A stretch of 64,000 nucleotides of DNA from positions 73,718,001 to 73,782,000 of the forward strand of contig NC_043002.1 of the NCBI RefSeq assembly GCF_006345805.1, given 5' to 3'. The position numbers and the translations under genes are program-made. Shown here in pieces: positions 34,501 to 48,092 of this stretch (positions are counted from its first letter, which is position 1; every line of letters begins with the position of its first letter). This stretch comes from Octopus sinensis (Eukaryota). The notes beneath the pieces were generated by a model. That model was not told where the DNA came from, ran no database searches, and saw only the letters and a program-made list of their open reading frames with translations.

Positions 34501-37500
34501 AAATACTACCAATAAGTCTACTACATTGGCCAATGCAATAAAGTATAGATCTGTACAGAAAATAAATATTAAATATTAATAATAATAAATACAATGTCAA
34601 CCAGTTCAGAAAATCAAATATAGATAAAAATAAAATAGAATGAAATAATACTTTGTTTTGTTTTTTCGTTTCATTTTGTTTTTTTTAACACTATTTATAT
34701 ATATAATTTACAGTATTAGAATATTGATCAAACCAAAGTAAATGAAAATGAAAATATTAAGTATAGGAATAATCTGTCAAAATAGTGAGATGGCAAAATT
34801 AAATCAGCTAACTGCAAACTAATGATGCAATAACAACTATCACTGCATTAGTTGATTCATATCAAATGAACAATAATAAACATTTAAATATATCAACATT
34901 TCTGAACTTTAAAAAAAAATTGAGATGAAATTTTTAAAAAAATGAAAATCTTGTCTAGATGATTACTTCCTCATACTTGAATTAATATACCCACCCAGTT
35001 TTATTTATTTTTAAGTTTTTTTTTTTTGCTCTCATAGTTTGATAAAAAATATCAGAAATGCCCAACTGCTTTTTACTGCCACTAAAATCAAGGAATTATC
35101 ATAGTTTACTGAAAATACCTCTTAGAGGTCACACACTAGAAATATCCCACATTTTGGTATGCTGGTTAAATTAATAACAGACAACTCAGTGGGATTGTTA
35201 ATTATTATTATCATTATTAATATTATAATTTGGTTTTAATTTTGCAAGAGGGAAGGATTTACAGAAGGATTCAATTAAAGAACATTAAAAACCAAAATGA
35301 AAAAAATAATAATAATAAATGTATACATGCTGGCAGTGGTGAATATAACAAATACTAGTAGTAATGAAAGTGACTGAGAACAAAACTTATGAAGAAAATA
35401 GATATATGTTACACCCCCTATGATAAAGAAATGATTAAAAAGAGTTTAAAGCAATGGATATCACCATAATGGAATGATAGAAAAAAAAATTTATTACAAA
35501 AATTATATACACACACATATTTGTATATATATATGTCTGTGTGTTTATATATATTTATATATATATATATATATATACACACACTGAGATACATACACAC
35601 ATATATATATACATGCATACATATATATATATACACATATGAGTGGAATTGAAAAAAAAACTAATAAAAATGTATGATAGATTGGATAAAAAAAATGTAT
35701 GGATGAACCCAATGATAAGGTAGCAGGTAGTTCTTCAAGATGAATATACACAACCATAGCTTAACTAAACCCAAACAGCCCAAAATATATGAAAGATTAA
35801 ATTAGTTATGAATATTTTGTAAGACTAAAATGCTTTTAGGAATGTTCTGAAAGTTTACTTGAATTTTTAATAGGTATTATTATAGGGATCAATTTGTAGA
35901 TTTTTACAGTTAAGTTTACTATACTTCCCATAAATTATTCAAGTGTATGTGTGTGATTGTGTGTATCTGCATGCTTTTTGTGAGTGAGTGTGTGTGTACA
36001 TGTGAGTATGTGCGTACATGTGAGTGTGTGTGAGACTCAAAAATGAATAAAGTACTTCAGATGAAATGATTTTAACAAAATGAAAAGCATTTTCATTCCT
36101 TGCAGCTTGCTTGTTGGTTTGCTTTGCACTGGTGAAGTTATCTTCATGTGTTTTTTTTTTGTTTTTTATATTTTCATTAATGTCTCTTAAAGATTAAAAA
36201 GATATTTCAGGTTCTATGTTATTTCAATTACTTAAAAAAAAAATGTGAATATTAAAATTAAGGTGATTTATAAATTTAAACAAATAAAGACAATAACAGT
36301 TATATCTGTTGTCTTTTTTTTTCCTCCACAGATAATGTTTGTGGAAAAAAGAGTTAATAGAAACAAAGATACTCAACAGCACTGTGTAAGGGGGAGAGGA
36401 TTGCACAAAAGAATATTTTAATCACCCAAGTGCATACATATACACACACATACATTCATACATGCACACAGACACAAAATGGATTTTAGTGGTTAGCAAA
36501 CCAAGATTATTACAAACAGAGGTTCTAAGTATGATGATAATCATCCAGTCAATTTCTGAAATTTCAGAAAATAAAAGAACATTTTCAACTGAACGGAAAG
36601 TATTTCAGGCAAGATAGCAGTGGTATGAAGAATATGTCCAACCTGTATCCAATCAGCAGTTTACATACTACTGTTTGTTGAGCCATTCTATTGTGAGATA
36701 TAAAATTTAGGGCTGTCATTTATAGCCCATGAGTATTCATTAACTGCTACACACTCATTCTATGGTTAAAATAGAGGGTATAAAAGAATTAACCAAGATA
36801 AATTAAATTTAGATAAGAATTGATAGGAATATGGGAGATGAATGTAATATGCACACATGCAAAATACATCTTGTGTGCGTGTGTGCATAGACATGCACTC
36901 AAAATTCCTATAATTACATACAGAGAATATTTTGTAATCAAACAAAAATATACAAAACACGTCATAAAAAGTTCATTCAACAACTTAAAAGCAACAATTT
37001 ACTTTATGGGCTTAGCAGTGTTTTTTTTTAAAGTTTAATTTTAGATTTATTATTCAGTTATTTAAAAACTTTTTCAAATGAATTTCAGAATTTTTAAGTT
37101 AAAAAGCCTTCTAAATATTTACCTAAGGATTTAAGAGATCTTGGAGGGGAAGTGACTACTATATATAGTAAAGCAGATTTTCACCAGTGTATACCACGAC
37201 TAGAAATCAGGTACTTTGGAGCAAGTGAATAAATATATAGTCCTTCAAAGACTGACTAAAAGTTGGCGTGTAGCAGTCAGATGTCAGCTGATAAGTGAGT
37301 GAGCAAGCTAAGGGACTGGGAGAGCCTTTTCATCAATATCTGGACAGACCATAGATAACCCATAATACTGGCCATAGTTTCTACATGCTGATGTATCACA
37401 AAGTAGCTTCATCACTACTGCTGTTGCTGCTTTTTGTGTGTGTCAGTCCCATCCTGGATATCGCTATGATGAAGAGAAGAGACTTGCTTTCCAAGCTGCC

Positions 37501-37606
37501 ATTAAGCACCAACAAGGACAACCATCACCAGCAGCAGCAGAAGTCAGAATAAGAGAAACTGACAAATAGTCTGCTACTGGTTAAAAATGGGGACCAAAAA
37601 CTATTT

Positions 37607-37678
37607 TCACAAATAATGAGGAGTTTCTTGACCAGTCAGTAACCTAAAAATTGATGTTGGCATTGTTTTCATGTGAAT
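37607..37678 (-). CDS. APBA: Mint/X11/LIN-10 adaptor, terminal coding exon (IHMKTMPTSIFRLLTGQETPHYL*)
   Basis: Preceded by a polypyrimidine tract and CAG. Matches the Mint C-terminus IHMKTMPAAMYRLLTAQEQPVYI; the stop TGA is at 37607..37609. Confidence 0.92.
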   Translation of the reverse strand: MHMKTMPTSIFRLLTGQETPHYL

Positions 37679-38822
37679 CTGAAAATAAAGAGAAAAATCA
37701 AAATTGAAAGGAATTGTAGGAAACATTACTATCAATAAAAGAAAAAAAATTGTATATGATATAAAACTCTGTTGTTTAATAAAAATTAGGAAGGTAAAGA
37801 AAGCCATTAAACTATGTAAGTTGGAGAAAACTATATTTAATATTTCACCTTAAACAAATCTAATCTTGAACAAGAAAATTTAAAAGGAAAGTTAACTGCT
37901 AAATAACACCAAGATATGTTCATAAACACACTGTATGACAAGGCTGTGTGGTTTGTGATATTGAAGACTACACAATAAGTTGTTGATAACTAAGAATCAT
38001 TATATTATTAGGTAGCTGCAAATGCCTAATAAGTATTGCCACTTCCATACATATATTTACTATCAAAGGTTTCAATAGAGACTCTAAATTTTACATTTTA
38101 ACAGCTATTGACAGGTATTTTAAAAGTAAAGTTGCTGGTCATGTCCCCTACATTTATGGATGATCAGATGGTGGTACTGTCTATATAAAATTTGCTACAT
38201 TCAATGCTCATCCATAAGTATCAAGGCATTCGTCTGCATTCCATTTGAGCAGACTGCCATTGTGAACGTTCTGTCAGTATCAGAGGTCAATATTTTTAAT
38301 AAAAAATTTTGAATTTAACTTTTAAGAGAAGGTCCTTCTCTTTGTATAGTAGACCTAATCATCAATTTCCAAAACGTAGACCACTGAAGCAGTGGTAATA
38401 TATTTATTACAGAAACAATACTTATTACAACCTGTAGCACTAGATCAGAATTGTCTTGAGATTTGATTATCAACAGTTTATTGCACAATTTCAATATTGC
38501 TCTCCTTGTATACTTTCCATACATATCTGTGTATGTCTCAACAGTTTTAGTGTCATTTTAAAGGTTTACTTCCCATTTCAATTTTTTTCAATACAAAGTT
38601 TATATGTTTTGAAATATTAATATAATTTTCTCCAACTTTGCACCTTTGTTAAGTAGCTTTTATTACACCTTATTTCTGTTAGTGGGTAAAAAACAATGGT
38701 TTTTTTACCCACTAAATTAAAATATACCAAAAATGAACAAATTCTGATGATATGCATTAGAAATTATAAAATAATTAACAAATACCGTATGATTAGGGTC
38801 ACACTTAGAACAACAACAGCAA

Positions 38823-38830
38823 TACACACG

Positions 38831-38911
<81 letters not shown>
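38823..38911. repeat. (CG)5(CA)n alternating purine-pyrimidine tract in an APBA intron
   Basis: Read directly from the sequence. Confidence 0.95.
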
Positions 38912-38914
<3 letters not shown>

Positions 38915-39378
38915 CTAGAGGGAATTGTGAACTTGTAGAAAGATATAGAAAAACAGGTTATATTTAGGCAAAATATAAAACAGACTGTCTCAAATAAAAT
39001 TACAACTGGAAAGGTTACAGAACCAAGGACTATTCTACATAATAAATGTCACTAATATGGATTGACAATATAACACCTCTTATTTATCTTTATCATTTAT
39101 CATCAGGATATGGAATCATAGTTGCTATGTTTCTGGTAAAACACTTTGGAAAGAAGTATTATGCCTTTATATGTTGAATTACTGAATTACTATAGGCAGT
39201 GAGTTTATTATGAAGCTGAAAGCATAAGATGGCATCAGACGAATTCAAGTCATTCTAATTCTTGAGGTCTGAAAATAGGAGTCTTGGACTGAATGCCAAT
39301 AGGGGGAAATGTAAGAAATAAAAAAAAAAAAGGGAAAACTTGTAGAGTAAATAAATAAGGCAAATGCAATATACTTAC

Positions 39379-39519
39379 TTCCCCAACAGAATTGGCCAAC
39401 AATGCAACAATTTTCTCATGTTGTACTGCAACAACACTTTGATTATTGATCTCAATTATTCTGTGACCCACACGAACACCACCTCGCTCTGCAATTCCAC
39501 CACGCAGGAGGCTGCAAAT
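39379..39519 (-). CDS. APBA: APBA exon, PDZ2 core ([47 protein letters not shown])
   Basis: 141 nt, TAG acceptor and GTAAGT donor, phase 0. Close to vertebrate Mint PDZ2. Confidence 0.95.
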
Positions 39520-41052
39520 CTACAGTAAGGTAGATCAAACATAAATCTTTAAGACATTCTGTACAAAATTAAGGTGGAAATTTGATAAAAATTTAAAGCA
39601 AAAGAAAGAAAGAAAAAAAACAAACAAATCCTATCACACACACTCTAGAGGGAATTATGAACTTGTAGAAAGATACAGAAAAACAGGTTATATTTAGGCA
39701 AAATATATAATAACAGGTTATATTTAGGCAAAGTATATAACTCATTTTCAGAATCAATAAAATAAACTCCAGTGATATCCTGAGGTTTAGACACTTAACT
39801 AAACTGCTACCCTTCACCAAAAATATATTTAGTGTAAAGAAATCATTATTACCATTATTATAAATGTTAACACACAACTTACTGTACTAATATAAATGCA
39901 CAAGCACAAATAGAAAATAATTCGCATCTCTAAGCAATGTCAATTTTAGTTATTGAAATCTACAACTTCAAAAAGAAGATCAATGCTTCTTATCTTTTCC
40001 ATCAGAAAAATATATTTTACTATCTGTAGCTTTGTAATAAATGACACTACAATCTAAGACTGTCCTTCTTTTGTTATATGTATCATTGCCTTATCAGATT
40101 TCAAACCAACTCATCCAAGTACTCCATTATATTATGTCTATGTTTATAGCACCCAACAAGTCTTATGATCTTTTTATTTAAATACATTTACTTCATAAGA
40201 CGCCAATGATGATGATGATGATGATATTGCAAAGATAAATTTGTTTTGTTTCGCCATACTATTTGCTTATTTATTTTTTATGTAAAGATTAGTTGGATAG
40301 TTCTGTAAATCTAGATGTATGCATGAAATATTAGATCAGGTGCTTCAACCTCGAAATAAGTGTGGCACCTATTTTCTTTAGGTGCGTAGACCAATACAAC
40401 AAATATTCCATGTGTAAGGATTAGACTTATGGGTTAATAATCCAGTACTATTTCTAAAGAAAGTCAACAATTTCAAATTCCACTGATAGCAATAACAGCA
40501 TATAGTGCTACTGCATATAATCAACATTATCTTCTTTAACACTATTAACACTTATTAAAATAAGATAAAACTACCACCATTTTCATTTTTACTTAACTAG
40601 GTTTATAATTAGAAAGTAACTCCAGTAAGCAGAGCTTAGTTTACAAATGATTGATTATTATCTTTGACTCAATGTCTAAGTACAATTTTTAATCTGTTCT
40701 TCCATGCTAATATGAATGTACGAATAAGACATGGGCTTCACATGCGGTATTGCAAGTTACTCATGAAGAAGGATAGTAGTTCTAAATAAGAAACAAAACA
40801 AAGAAAGAAAGTGGACTCTTCAGCCCAGTTCACATCGGACAGCCTCCTTGTCCAACCCATGCCAACATGGAAAAACAGACACAAAAATGATGAAGAATAT
40901 TAGCAAAATATGTGAATTGAAATGGCAATAACCAGAAATCTCCAGTGCTCATTTTCAATTTTTTTGTGTTTTAAAGAGTGAGCAAGATTAAAAGTCCTGA
41001 TACTTATGCTTCTGGGCAAGAACACAACAAAACTTAATGTAATACTACTCAC

Positions 41053-41172
41053 CACACCATTTTGTACACTGAAGCCAAGCTGATATTTCACATCTGGTCG
41101 TTTGATAAGAACTTCTACCACAGGAGGACAAGGCACAACAGTAAGTTTGACCACAGTCTGTTGTCTGGCACC
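41053..41172 (-). CDS. APBA: APBA exon, PDZ1 end/PDZ2 start ([40 protein letters not shown])
   Basis: 120 nt, CAG acceptor and GTGAGT donor, phase 0. Contains the Mint motif [19 protein letters not shown]. Confidence 0.95.
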
Positions 41173-41479
41173 CTGTCAAAAACAAAATAAAAACATTTTT
41201 AAAAAAACCTTGAGAATGCAATAAAAAATTCTGTTCCATCTACTTCAGTACTATAAGAGACATTACCCTTGTTTTATTATTAGTAATATAAAACTATTCT
41301 CATATATATATAGACACACACATTTATGTATGTAAATGTATATATACAAACATATATATATATAATTTTACATGACCAGCACTTTAGTTTTTAATTATTT
41401 AGGAATCTTATTAAGAGAAAAATAATTTGAAGACTCTTTCAAGTAAGGGGAAAGTTTAACAAAATATTTGCATATTTAC

Positions 41480-41692
41480 CTTAATATAAGTTTGACATGT
41501 GGACAATGGTAGGCCAACCATACTGATTCCATTTATAGATATGATTTGGTCACCAATATTGAGCCCGCCACATCTGGCTGCCGGACCTGATGGGGCCATA
41601 TTTGCCAAAACTACAGTGGGGACCATTGAACCCCAGCCAGACTCAACTATCACAATACCAATAGGTTCCCCTTTTAATTTGGGAACAATTAC
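41480..41692 (-). CDS. APBA: APBA exon, PDZ1 ([71 protein letters not shown])
   Basis: 213 nt, CAG acceptor and GTAAAT donor, phase 0. Contains the Mint PDZ1 signature VIVESGWGS and [21 protein letters not shown]. Confidence 0.96.
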
Positions 41693-42092
41693 CTGAAATA
41701 TATAAATACAAATATAATTATAAATGTTTCAAGATTTATTTTTATTGCACGAAAACAGAGCCTTTATGAAATATTACTGAAAGTTCTAATGAATGAGAGA
41801 GAGAGAATGACATAAAAGAACAAAGTTAGAGAAGGAAATAAACTAGAGCCAACATATTTACTGTAATATTTATTTAACATTATGTCTGATAAATAACAAA
41901 TCCTGCAATAATAACAGATGAGCGATTTCTCCACATGTAAGGAAGATACAAGTGTAGAGGAAAGTCTGCAGTTATAGAGTCACCATAGTAGGAGAAAGAT
42001 TAATATAGTCTGACCCTTTTGTTTCCATATTCCTGTTGAAATATGCTTTTGTTTCAAATATAAATTAACATGAAATTTTAATTGAAGGTTTT

Positions 42093-42385
42093 ATTCTTTT
42101 ACTTGTTTCAGTCTTTTGATTGTGGCCATGCTGGAGCACAGCCTTGAAGGGTTTTAGTAAGAAAAATTAACCTCATGACTTATTATCTTAATGATAGTAC
42201 TTATTCTATTGGTCCAATTTGATGGACTGCTAAGTTACAGGAAAGTAAACACACCAACACTGGTTGTCAAGCAAGGATTGGGGTGGTGGTACAAACATAG
42301 ATACTATAATAGAAGATACTTCTCCAAGGTGCCATGCAATGGGACTGAATCCAGAACCACGTGGTTGGAAAGCGAGCTTCTTCCC
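42093..42385 (-). mobile_element. SINE family A (diverged)
   Basis: TTTTACTTGTTTCAGTC.TTTGA.TGTGGCCATGCTGGAGCAC...CCAAGGTGCCATGCAATGGGACTGAATCCAGAACCACGTGGTTGG. Confidence 0.8.
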
Positions 42386-42594
42386 ATATTTCTTTAAAAT
42401 AGGAAATTTATATTATAGTACTAGAGGTGGTCTCAGGTAAACAGTTTCCATTTTCATTGAAATATGTTTATGAGGTTTTACAGACCAAAAGAAGTAAACC
42501 TTTGAATAATAAACACTATACAGGTAACTAACTGGAGCAACTGTTTATTTGGGACACCACATCATGTAATTGGAAACTAAATGTGAGTTTATGA

Positions 42595-42810
42595 TGTTGC
42601 AGTCTAACCTCAAGCAAGCTTCAATTGAGCAGACCTATGATCAAAGGCAACCCAGATTAACCCATCTATTTCTCTTTTTTTTCTGGGGCATATACTCCTG
42701 ATTACATTAAACAATGTGTTCTTCCTCTGTTTTTTTTTTCTCTGAAGATTGTAGGAAATAATTTGAGGGAGATTTGGAAGCTATTTCTGCAGGTCAAATA
42801 ACTATGGAAG
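42595..42810 (-). mobile_element. SINE-like family C
   Basis: GAGCAGACCTATGATCAAAGGCA...GATTACATTAAACAATGT...GCAGGTCAAATAACTATGGAAGGCT; similar to 14143..14345. Confidence 0.55.
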
Positions 42811-43178
42811 GCTTCTTTATGATATGGTATGGGAACCAGAGTTATATTTATTAGATTTCCATACTAAATATCTTTTCCTAATATCAGCATCAACATTTCA
42901 AAAACAGCCCCAACCTTAAATACATGCACACACATGTTCCCTCTTGATTGTTAACATCTAAAGAGTGTATACAAACAAAGGACCTAAGCTGGTCCCTTGA
43001 AAGAATAGAGTGGGAGTAAAAGAAATTGTTATGGAGAAGAGCAGCAAGTGATGAAGATTATTTTGAAATAACACAATCGACTGCTGTTTTGAAGTTTAGA
43101 TGCTCCTTTGAAGTTGCTGACAAAGAACACAGAATCTCTATTATAACAAGTGTGTTTGTGGGCATATGTATGTATGTA

Positions 43179-43216
<38 letters not shown>

Positions 43217-43980
43217 TCTATACACATATGTGTGTGTTCCCATCCCTACAAATATATAAGAATATGGAATTATCAAATGCTTTTTATTGAAGTTACTCCA
43301 TTGCTTTTAAAATTAATAATTGCATTCAAATTCACATGCACACATATCTATAGAGATAACTCTGGGTTTTAGTATTTTTAACATAGTAAAGTTAAAAAAA
43401 CATGAAACCTCTTGCTTTATGTCTTTAACATGTAATACAAGACTATATATAATTTGGGTAGATGCTTGACCTGTGTGTCTCAATGCACTGGAATCTATCA
43501 TATTATTAAACAATATAGAGCCAATAATGGAACTGATGTTTAGTTGCTTGACTTGCAAACAAATCATCCTCTCAAGTCATGCAACATTTTAATTTTTGCA
43601 CATCTCATGATATACAAAAAGAACAGCATGATCATTGCTGGAAAGCCATTGATTGTATATGTCTGTTGAATCAGGGCTACCCTAGATTTAAACAGCAGCA
43701 GCAACAATCATTGAAATATCTCCATTAAAAGCAAAAGCTCATAATTCCAGAACATAGCTCCAAATCCTATATTTTACAATGAGATATAAGTTTCACTAGA
43801 CAGGATGTCAATTTATCATGGGTAACTCTCTCAACAAGTACCAGTAAAATATGAGTTGATGCAATCACCTACACCCTTCCCTTAGAAGAAAAATGAGAAT
43901 TTTGATAAGTCAAAAGAAATTAAATTAAAACAGGTAAGAAAGAATATATAAACAGTAACATAGATTCAGGGTTTCAGTTA

Positions 43981-44432
43981 TCTAATCTATAAAATGAAGA
44001 AGGTGAACGTTGATACAAATTGGATTTTTATGTAAAAAGGGGTCTCTAAATGGGGATGGAAGGGGATTAAAATTTACAGGAGGGGGTAACTTGAAGTGAG
44101 GAATTGATTGGGAGACGTTTTGGGGCGCTACAGTGGGTTACTTTGGTGTGAAAATGAGGATTTTATTGATTTTTGGGGACACTTGGGGGGGGGGGTATAG
44201 ATTGGACACCTTTTCCCTGATTTCAATCAAATTTTCAACATGGGAAAGTGGAAGCGGATTTGTAATCTAATCTATAAAATGAAGGTGAATGTTGATGCAA
44301 ATTGGATTTTTATGCAAAAAAAAAACAAAAAAAAAACAGGGATCTAAATGGGGCTGGAAGGGGATTAAAATTTACAGGAGGGGGTAACTTGACGTGAGAA
44401 ATTGATTGGGAGACGTTTTGGGGTCCTACAGT
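43981..44432. repeat. Direct duplication of ~155-165 bp with a 285-bp offset
   Basis: TCTAATCTATAAAATGAAG...TTTACAGGAGGGGGTAACTTGA...GATTGGGAGACGTTTTGGGG..CTACAGT at 43981..44134 and 44266..44432. Confidence 0.9.
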
Positions 44433-44984
44433 AGTTGCTTTGGTGAGTCTACTATCCTGAGATTCTATCCCTTCAAACTTTGGTCTCCAATATTTTTTTA
44501 TTTTTATTCAGCTTCCAAGTTCGTCTGTCCCTTTTAATTATTAGTGTTTTGCTGTCCGCCTGGAAGCAGACCTTTCCGTTGTCACTGCCTGATATTTATG
44601 ATTGATCTTTCAAAATATTTTCTTTCTCAACTTACTTAAGATCTTTTGTTTTTTATAAATGGGAGAGAGAAAGATAGAGAGTAAGAGAAAGCGAGGGAGA
44701 GTCCGAGAGAAAAGAAGAGTAAGAGAGTGGGAAAGTGAAAGAGAAAGGAGAGAGAAAGAGGGAGAATGTGGCGATAAGAAACAGAAAGTAACAACCACAC
44801 CCTCACTTGCGCGTAGAGCAGGTCACCTTAAGCTAGTTTTATATAAAGAGAGAAGAATCATGTGTGATGTTCAAGCCTTTCTTACAGACATTAGCGATGC
44901 AATTCTGTTTTTTCTTTAAATAATGTCATGCTTGGATAGAAGAGTCATCAAGCCAAATGAAATCGTATTTGTGGCACATACTAA

Positions 44985-45170
44985 TGCCATGCAACTGGCA
45001 CGTAAAAGCACCCATTACACTCTCAGAGTGGTTGGTGTTAGGAAGGGCATCCAGCCATAGAAACCCTGCCAAATCAGACTGAAGTCTGGTGCAGCCCCTC
45101 AGCTTGCCAGTTCTGGTCAAACCATCCAACCCATAAACAACGGACATTAAATACTGATGATGATGAAATG
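44985..45170 (+). mobile_element. RTE LINE 3' tail
   Basis: GGCACGTAAAAGCACCCATTACACTCTCAGAGTGGTTGGTGTTAGGAAGGGCATCCAGCC...GGACATTAAATACTGATGATGATG. Confidence 0.8.
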
Positions 45171-45789
45171 GCTCTATGAAACAATGGCAATTCTAAAATA
45201 TTTCTTCCCCTGCCTAATACATTATGCTTATGAAAATAAATTACACCTACGATATACCTCAATGAAAGAACAAAGGAGAGAGGTAAATAATAATCTAAAA
45301 ATTAAAGACTGGCAATTCATACTACTCTCCTGAGGCAGTTTCTAGCCTTTATGACTTTTTTTTTTTGGTCTGCCTCATTTGTTTATTATGCTCCTTTTCA
45401 GGCAGTAACTACCTTTCATCAACTTCTTTGTATGCTAGTCTTTCCATTTTATCCTTTATTAAAAAAGGAGTAATGGGCATGTACATGCAGATCTGCTCTC
45501 ATAGCACACGTGTGTGGGTGAGTGAGTGTGTATGCATACATGCTTAGCACCAGTGACTTGTGTTTGAAAGTATTTCATAACATGCACTCTCTCCCCTCCT
45601 TGATATGTCTTTGCCTCCCTAACTGTCAACCATTGCCTAATGAAAAATTTGAAAATTGATGTGCCACAAGGACAGGAGTCATTTGTTCCCACTTACCCTA
45701 CCGCTACCCTAGTCAACTAAAATAAATAAATAAATAGCTCTGTTTCCTTTTTTTTATTGTTATTAAATCATAATGATTCTCTTGTTTCT

Positions 45790-46118
45790 TATCCTCACAG
45801 TTCAAAACCACAGTCTACAATTTATAATTCCCCAACTTCCCTTTCTTTTCATTTAAATTACTCACTGCAGATGCTTTGTAAAACTGTATGCATTCTTACA
45901 AAACCACATCTATCAATACATGTATGCACTTCTCATTCTCTATCGTTACCATTTCATTTTCCCATTTCCTAAAACTATCTTTTCAATGCACCAGTTAACC
46001 CTTTGTAACCTTTCATCCTGTTTTGTCCCTTTATGTTTTTAATCAATTTTTATCAGCCCTTATGGCCAATAAAAGAATTAATTATTATTATTATTGTCAT
46101 CATCATCATCATTATTAT
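45790..46118 (+). mobile_element. Probable non-LTR retrotransposon 3' tail
   Basis: Pyrimidine-rich segment ending CCTTATGGCCAATAAAAGAATTA followed by (TTA)n/(CAT)n. Confidence 0.4.
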
Positions 46119-46120
46119 TA

Positions 46121-46332
46121 GGGCCGTGACCTAGCAGATTCATTACCATGGCACTGGGCAAAATACTTAGTGGTATTTCTTCTGGCTCTTTATGTTCTGA
46201 GTTCAAATTCTGTCAGGGTCAATTTTGCCTTTCATCCTTTTGGGATTGATCAAATAGATACCAGTCAATTACTGGGGCTGATGTAATCAACTCCCCTCAC
46301 TCTCCTTGAAATCATTGGCCTCGTGCCAAAAT
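46121..46332 (+). mobile_element. SINE family B
   Basis: GAGTTCAAATTCTG...TTTTGCCTTTCATCCTTTTGGGATTGAT...TACCAG...GGCCTCGTGCCAAAA. Confidence 0.75.
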
Positions 46333-47269
46333 TATTATTATTATTATTTATGTATTCTAGTTTTGGTAACCATATAAAGGACATGCTATTATTTCAACAA
46401 TAATTAAAGAAACAAATTAGAGAGGATAAACAAAAAAGAAAAAAAATGCTAATCAAAGAACTTATTAAAATGTTAATTTGAAAATTATAAATATGGTATC
46501 TCTATTGTTACTGTTGATGATGAAGATGATGAATACAATGATGGTGGTGGCAGCAGCAATACAAGTGGTGGAAGTAATGTTTCCTTAGCTAGTTATAGTA
46601 GCAATCCAGTCCAGGATTAAAAAGGAGCTGATGCTGTCTGTTTAAAGCTGAACAGTTGGGTCAAACAGAGGACTATACACAACAGATATTTAAACTATGA
46701 TTCATAAACAGAAATAGAATGACTGTTTGTTCTGTATTAAATACTATAAAAAGAATAATTGTAGAGCTTAAAGCATTATTCATACACATCCTTACTAAAC
46801 ATAAAACATTTTCCAGTGATAATAAGATTCAAAATCCTTTACTCGTCTTTTTGTTATTTTCTTTCACCTCAATTCCACAAAATGTTAAGCTATCCATGCT
46901 CTACTGCCCATCTAACTCTTAGAGAGTTTACCAACAAAATGCTCCATAACTGTTTTTTCTGAAGTTAACAATGGATAGATAAAATTTGTATTTGTCTTGA
47001 AAAGTGAAACTACACAGCTCTTGTTTCGGTAAAGTCATTTCATTAGAGTGTTTCAACATGAAAATTCGACGTTACGCATAAATTGTAGAGCCAGGAAGTT
47101 CAAACAAATAGATCCATGGCTCATAGGCATCAGTTCAATTCACACTGAAGTCATAGCACTTTACTTTAATTAATTAATGCATGTATATATGTAGCAGCAA
47201 CAGACCCAAGCAGTGATTAGGAATAAACAAACTTTAGTTTAGTTAAAATATTGGTAAATTTACCTTTAG

Positions 47270-47502
47270 AAGTTAAAATATGTCACAAACATTTTAACTA
47301 ACCTAAATTTTATACACACACAATTTTGTAATGAGGAATGCCAAATTATTTTAAAGTATACTGAACATGAGTGTGTGTGTGTGTATAAAATTTAGGTTAG
47401 TTAAAATATGTTTGTGGTATACTTTAACTAACCTAAATTTTACACACACACACACAGATTCAGTATACTTAAAAATAATTTGGCATTCCTCATTACAAAA
47501 TT
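47270..47502. repeat. Nested fold-back palindrome (A-B-A'-A-B')
   Basis: Outer arms 47322..47365 / 47459..47502 match 43/44. Inner arms are 47371..47405 / 47423..47455 around a 17-nt loop, and an extra A copy lies at 47284..47321. Confidence 0.9.
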
Positions 47503-47630
47503 AAGGACAGCTGGGAAGGAGTTTACTTGTAATATACTAGCAAAGAACACAAATGTCTGAATTGTTTGTCTACTACCCCATTAACAAGACAAAACAGAAT
47601 TTAGATGGTCATCTAGATAAGGGTCTACAT

Positions 47631-47968
47631 TAGCGATTCTCAACCATTTTTTTTTTATCTATGGATCCCTTTGATTACTATTTTTTTCAGCTGGACCCTC
47701 ATAGCAATTCAATGTTTAAAAACTAGCCCTATAAATGCATCTTTTAAAACTCCTATTTTGTTTCTCATACATTAACTTGTATAGGTTGAACTATGTAAAA
47801 TGTTAGAGAAAGAAACTCAGCTGTTTCTTACAATACATACCAATACATACATCTAAAGCAAAATTTTTTCAGGGACCTTAAAATACTATTGTGGTTGCTC
47901 AATTTACTATTTTATTGTGCGAACCTCCAAAACTCTTATATGGAACCTCAGGGGCCATATAGACCCCA
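47631..47968. mobile_element. hAT-Charlie-type non-autonomous element (left end visible)
   Basis: GTCTACAT followed by TAGCGATTCTCAACC, with GGACCC/GACCCC subterminal motifs. The right end is cut by a SINE. Confidence 0.55.
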
Positions 47969-48074
47969 GCTGGCAGAAACGTTAGCACGCCGGGCGAAAT
48001 GCGTAGCCATATTTCGTCTGCCGTTACGTTCTGAGTTCAAATTCTGCCGAGGCCGACTTTGCCTTTCATCCTTT
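47969..48074 (+). mobile_element. SINE family B, 5' part with tRNA-like head
   Basis: TGGCAGAAACGTTAGCACGCCGGGCGAAATGC (A-box region) ... GAGTTCAAATTC (B-box) ... CTTTGCCTTTCATCCTT. Confidence 0.85.
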
Positions 48075-48092
48075 TATAACATGTATTGTAGT

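Noticed and set aside
45994-46010. TTAACCCTTTG as another piggyBac end
   Set aside because: It diverges after 6 nt of the TIR, has no partner end, and lies in a probable LINE tail.
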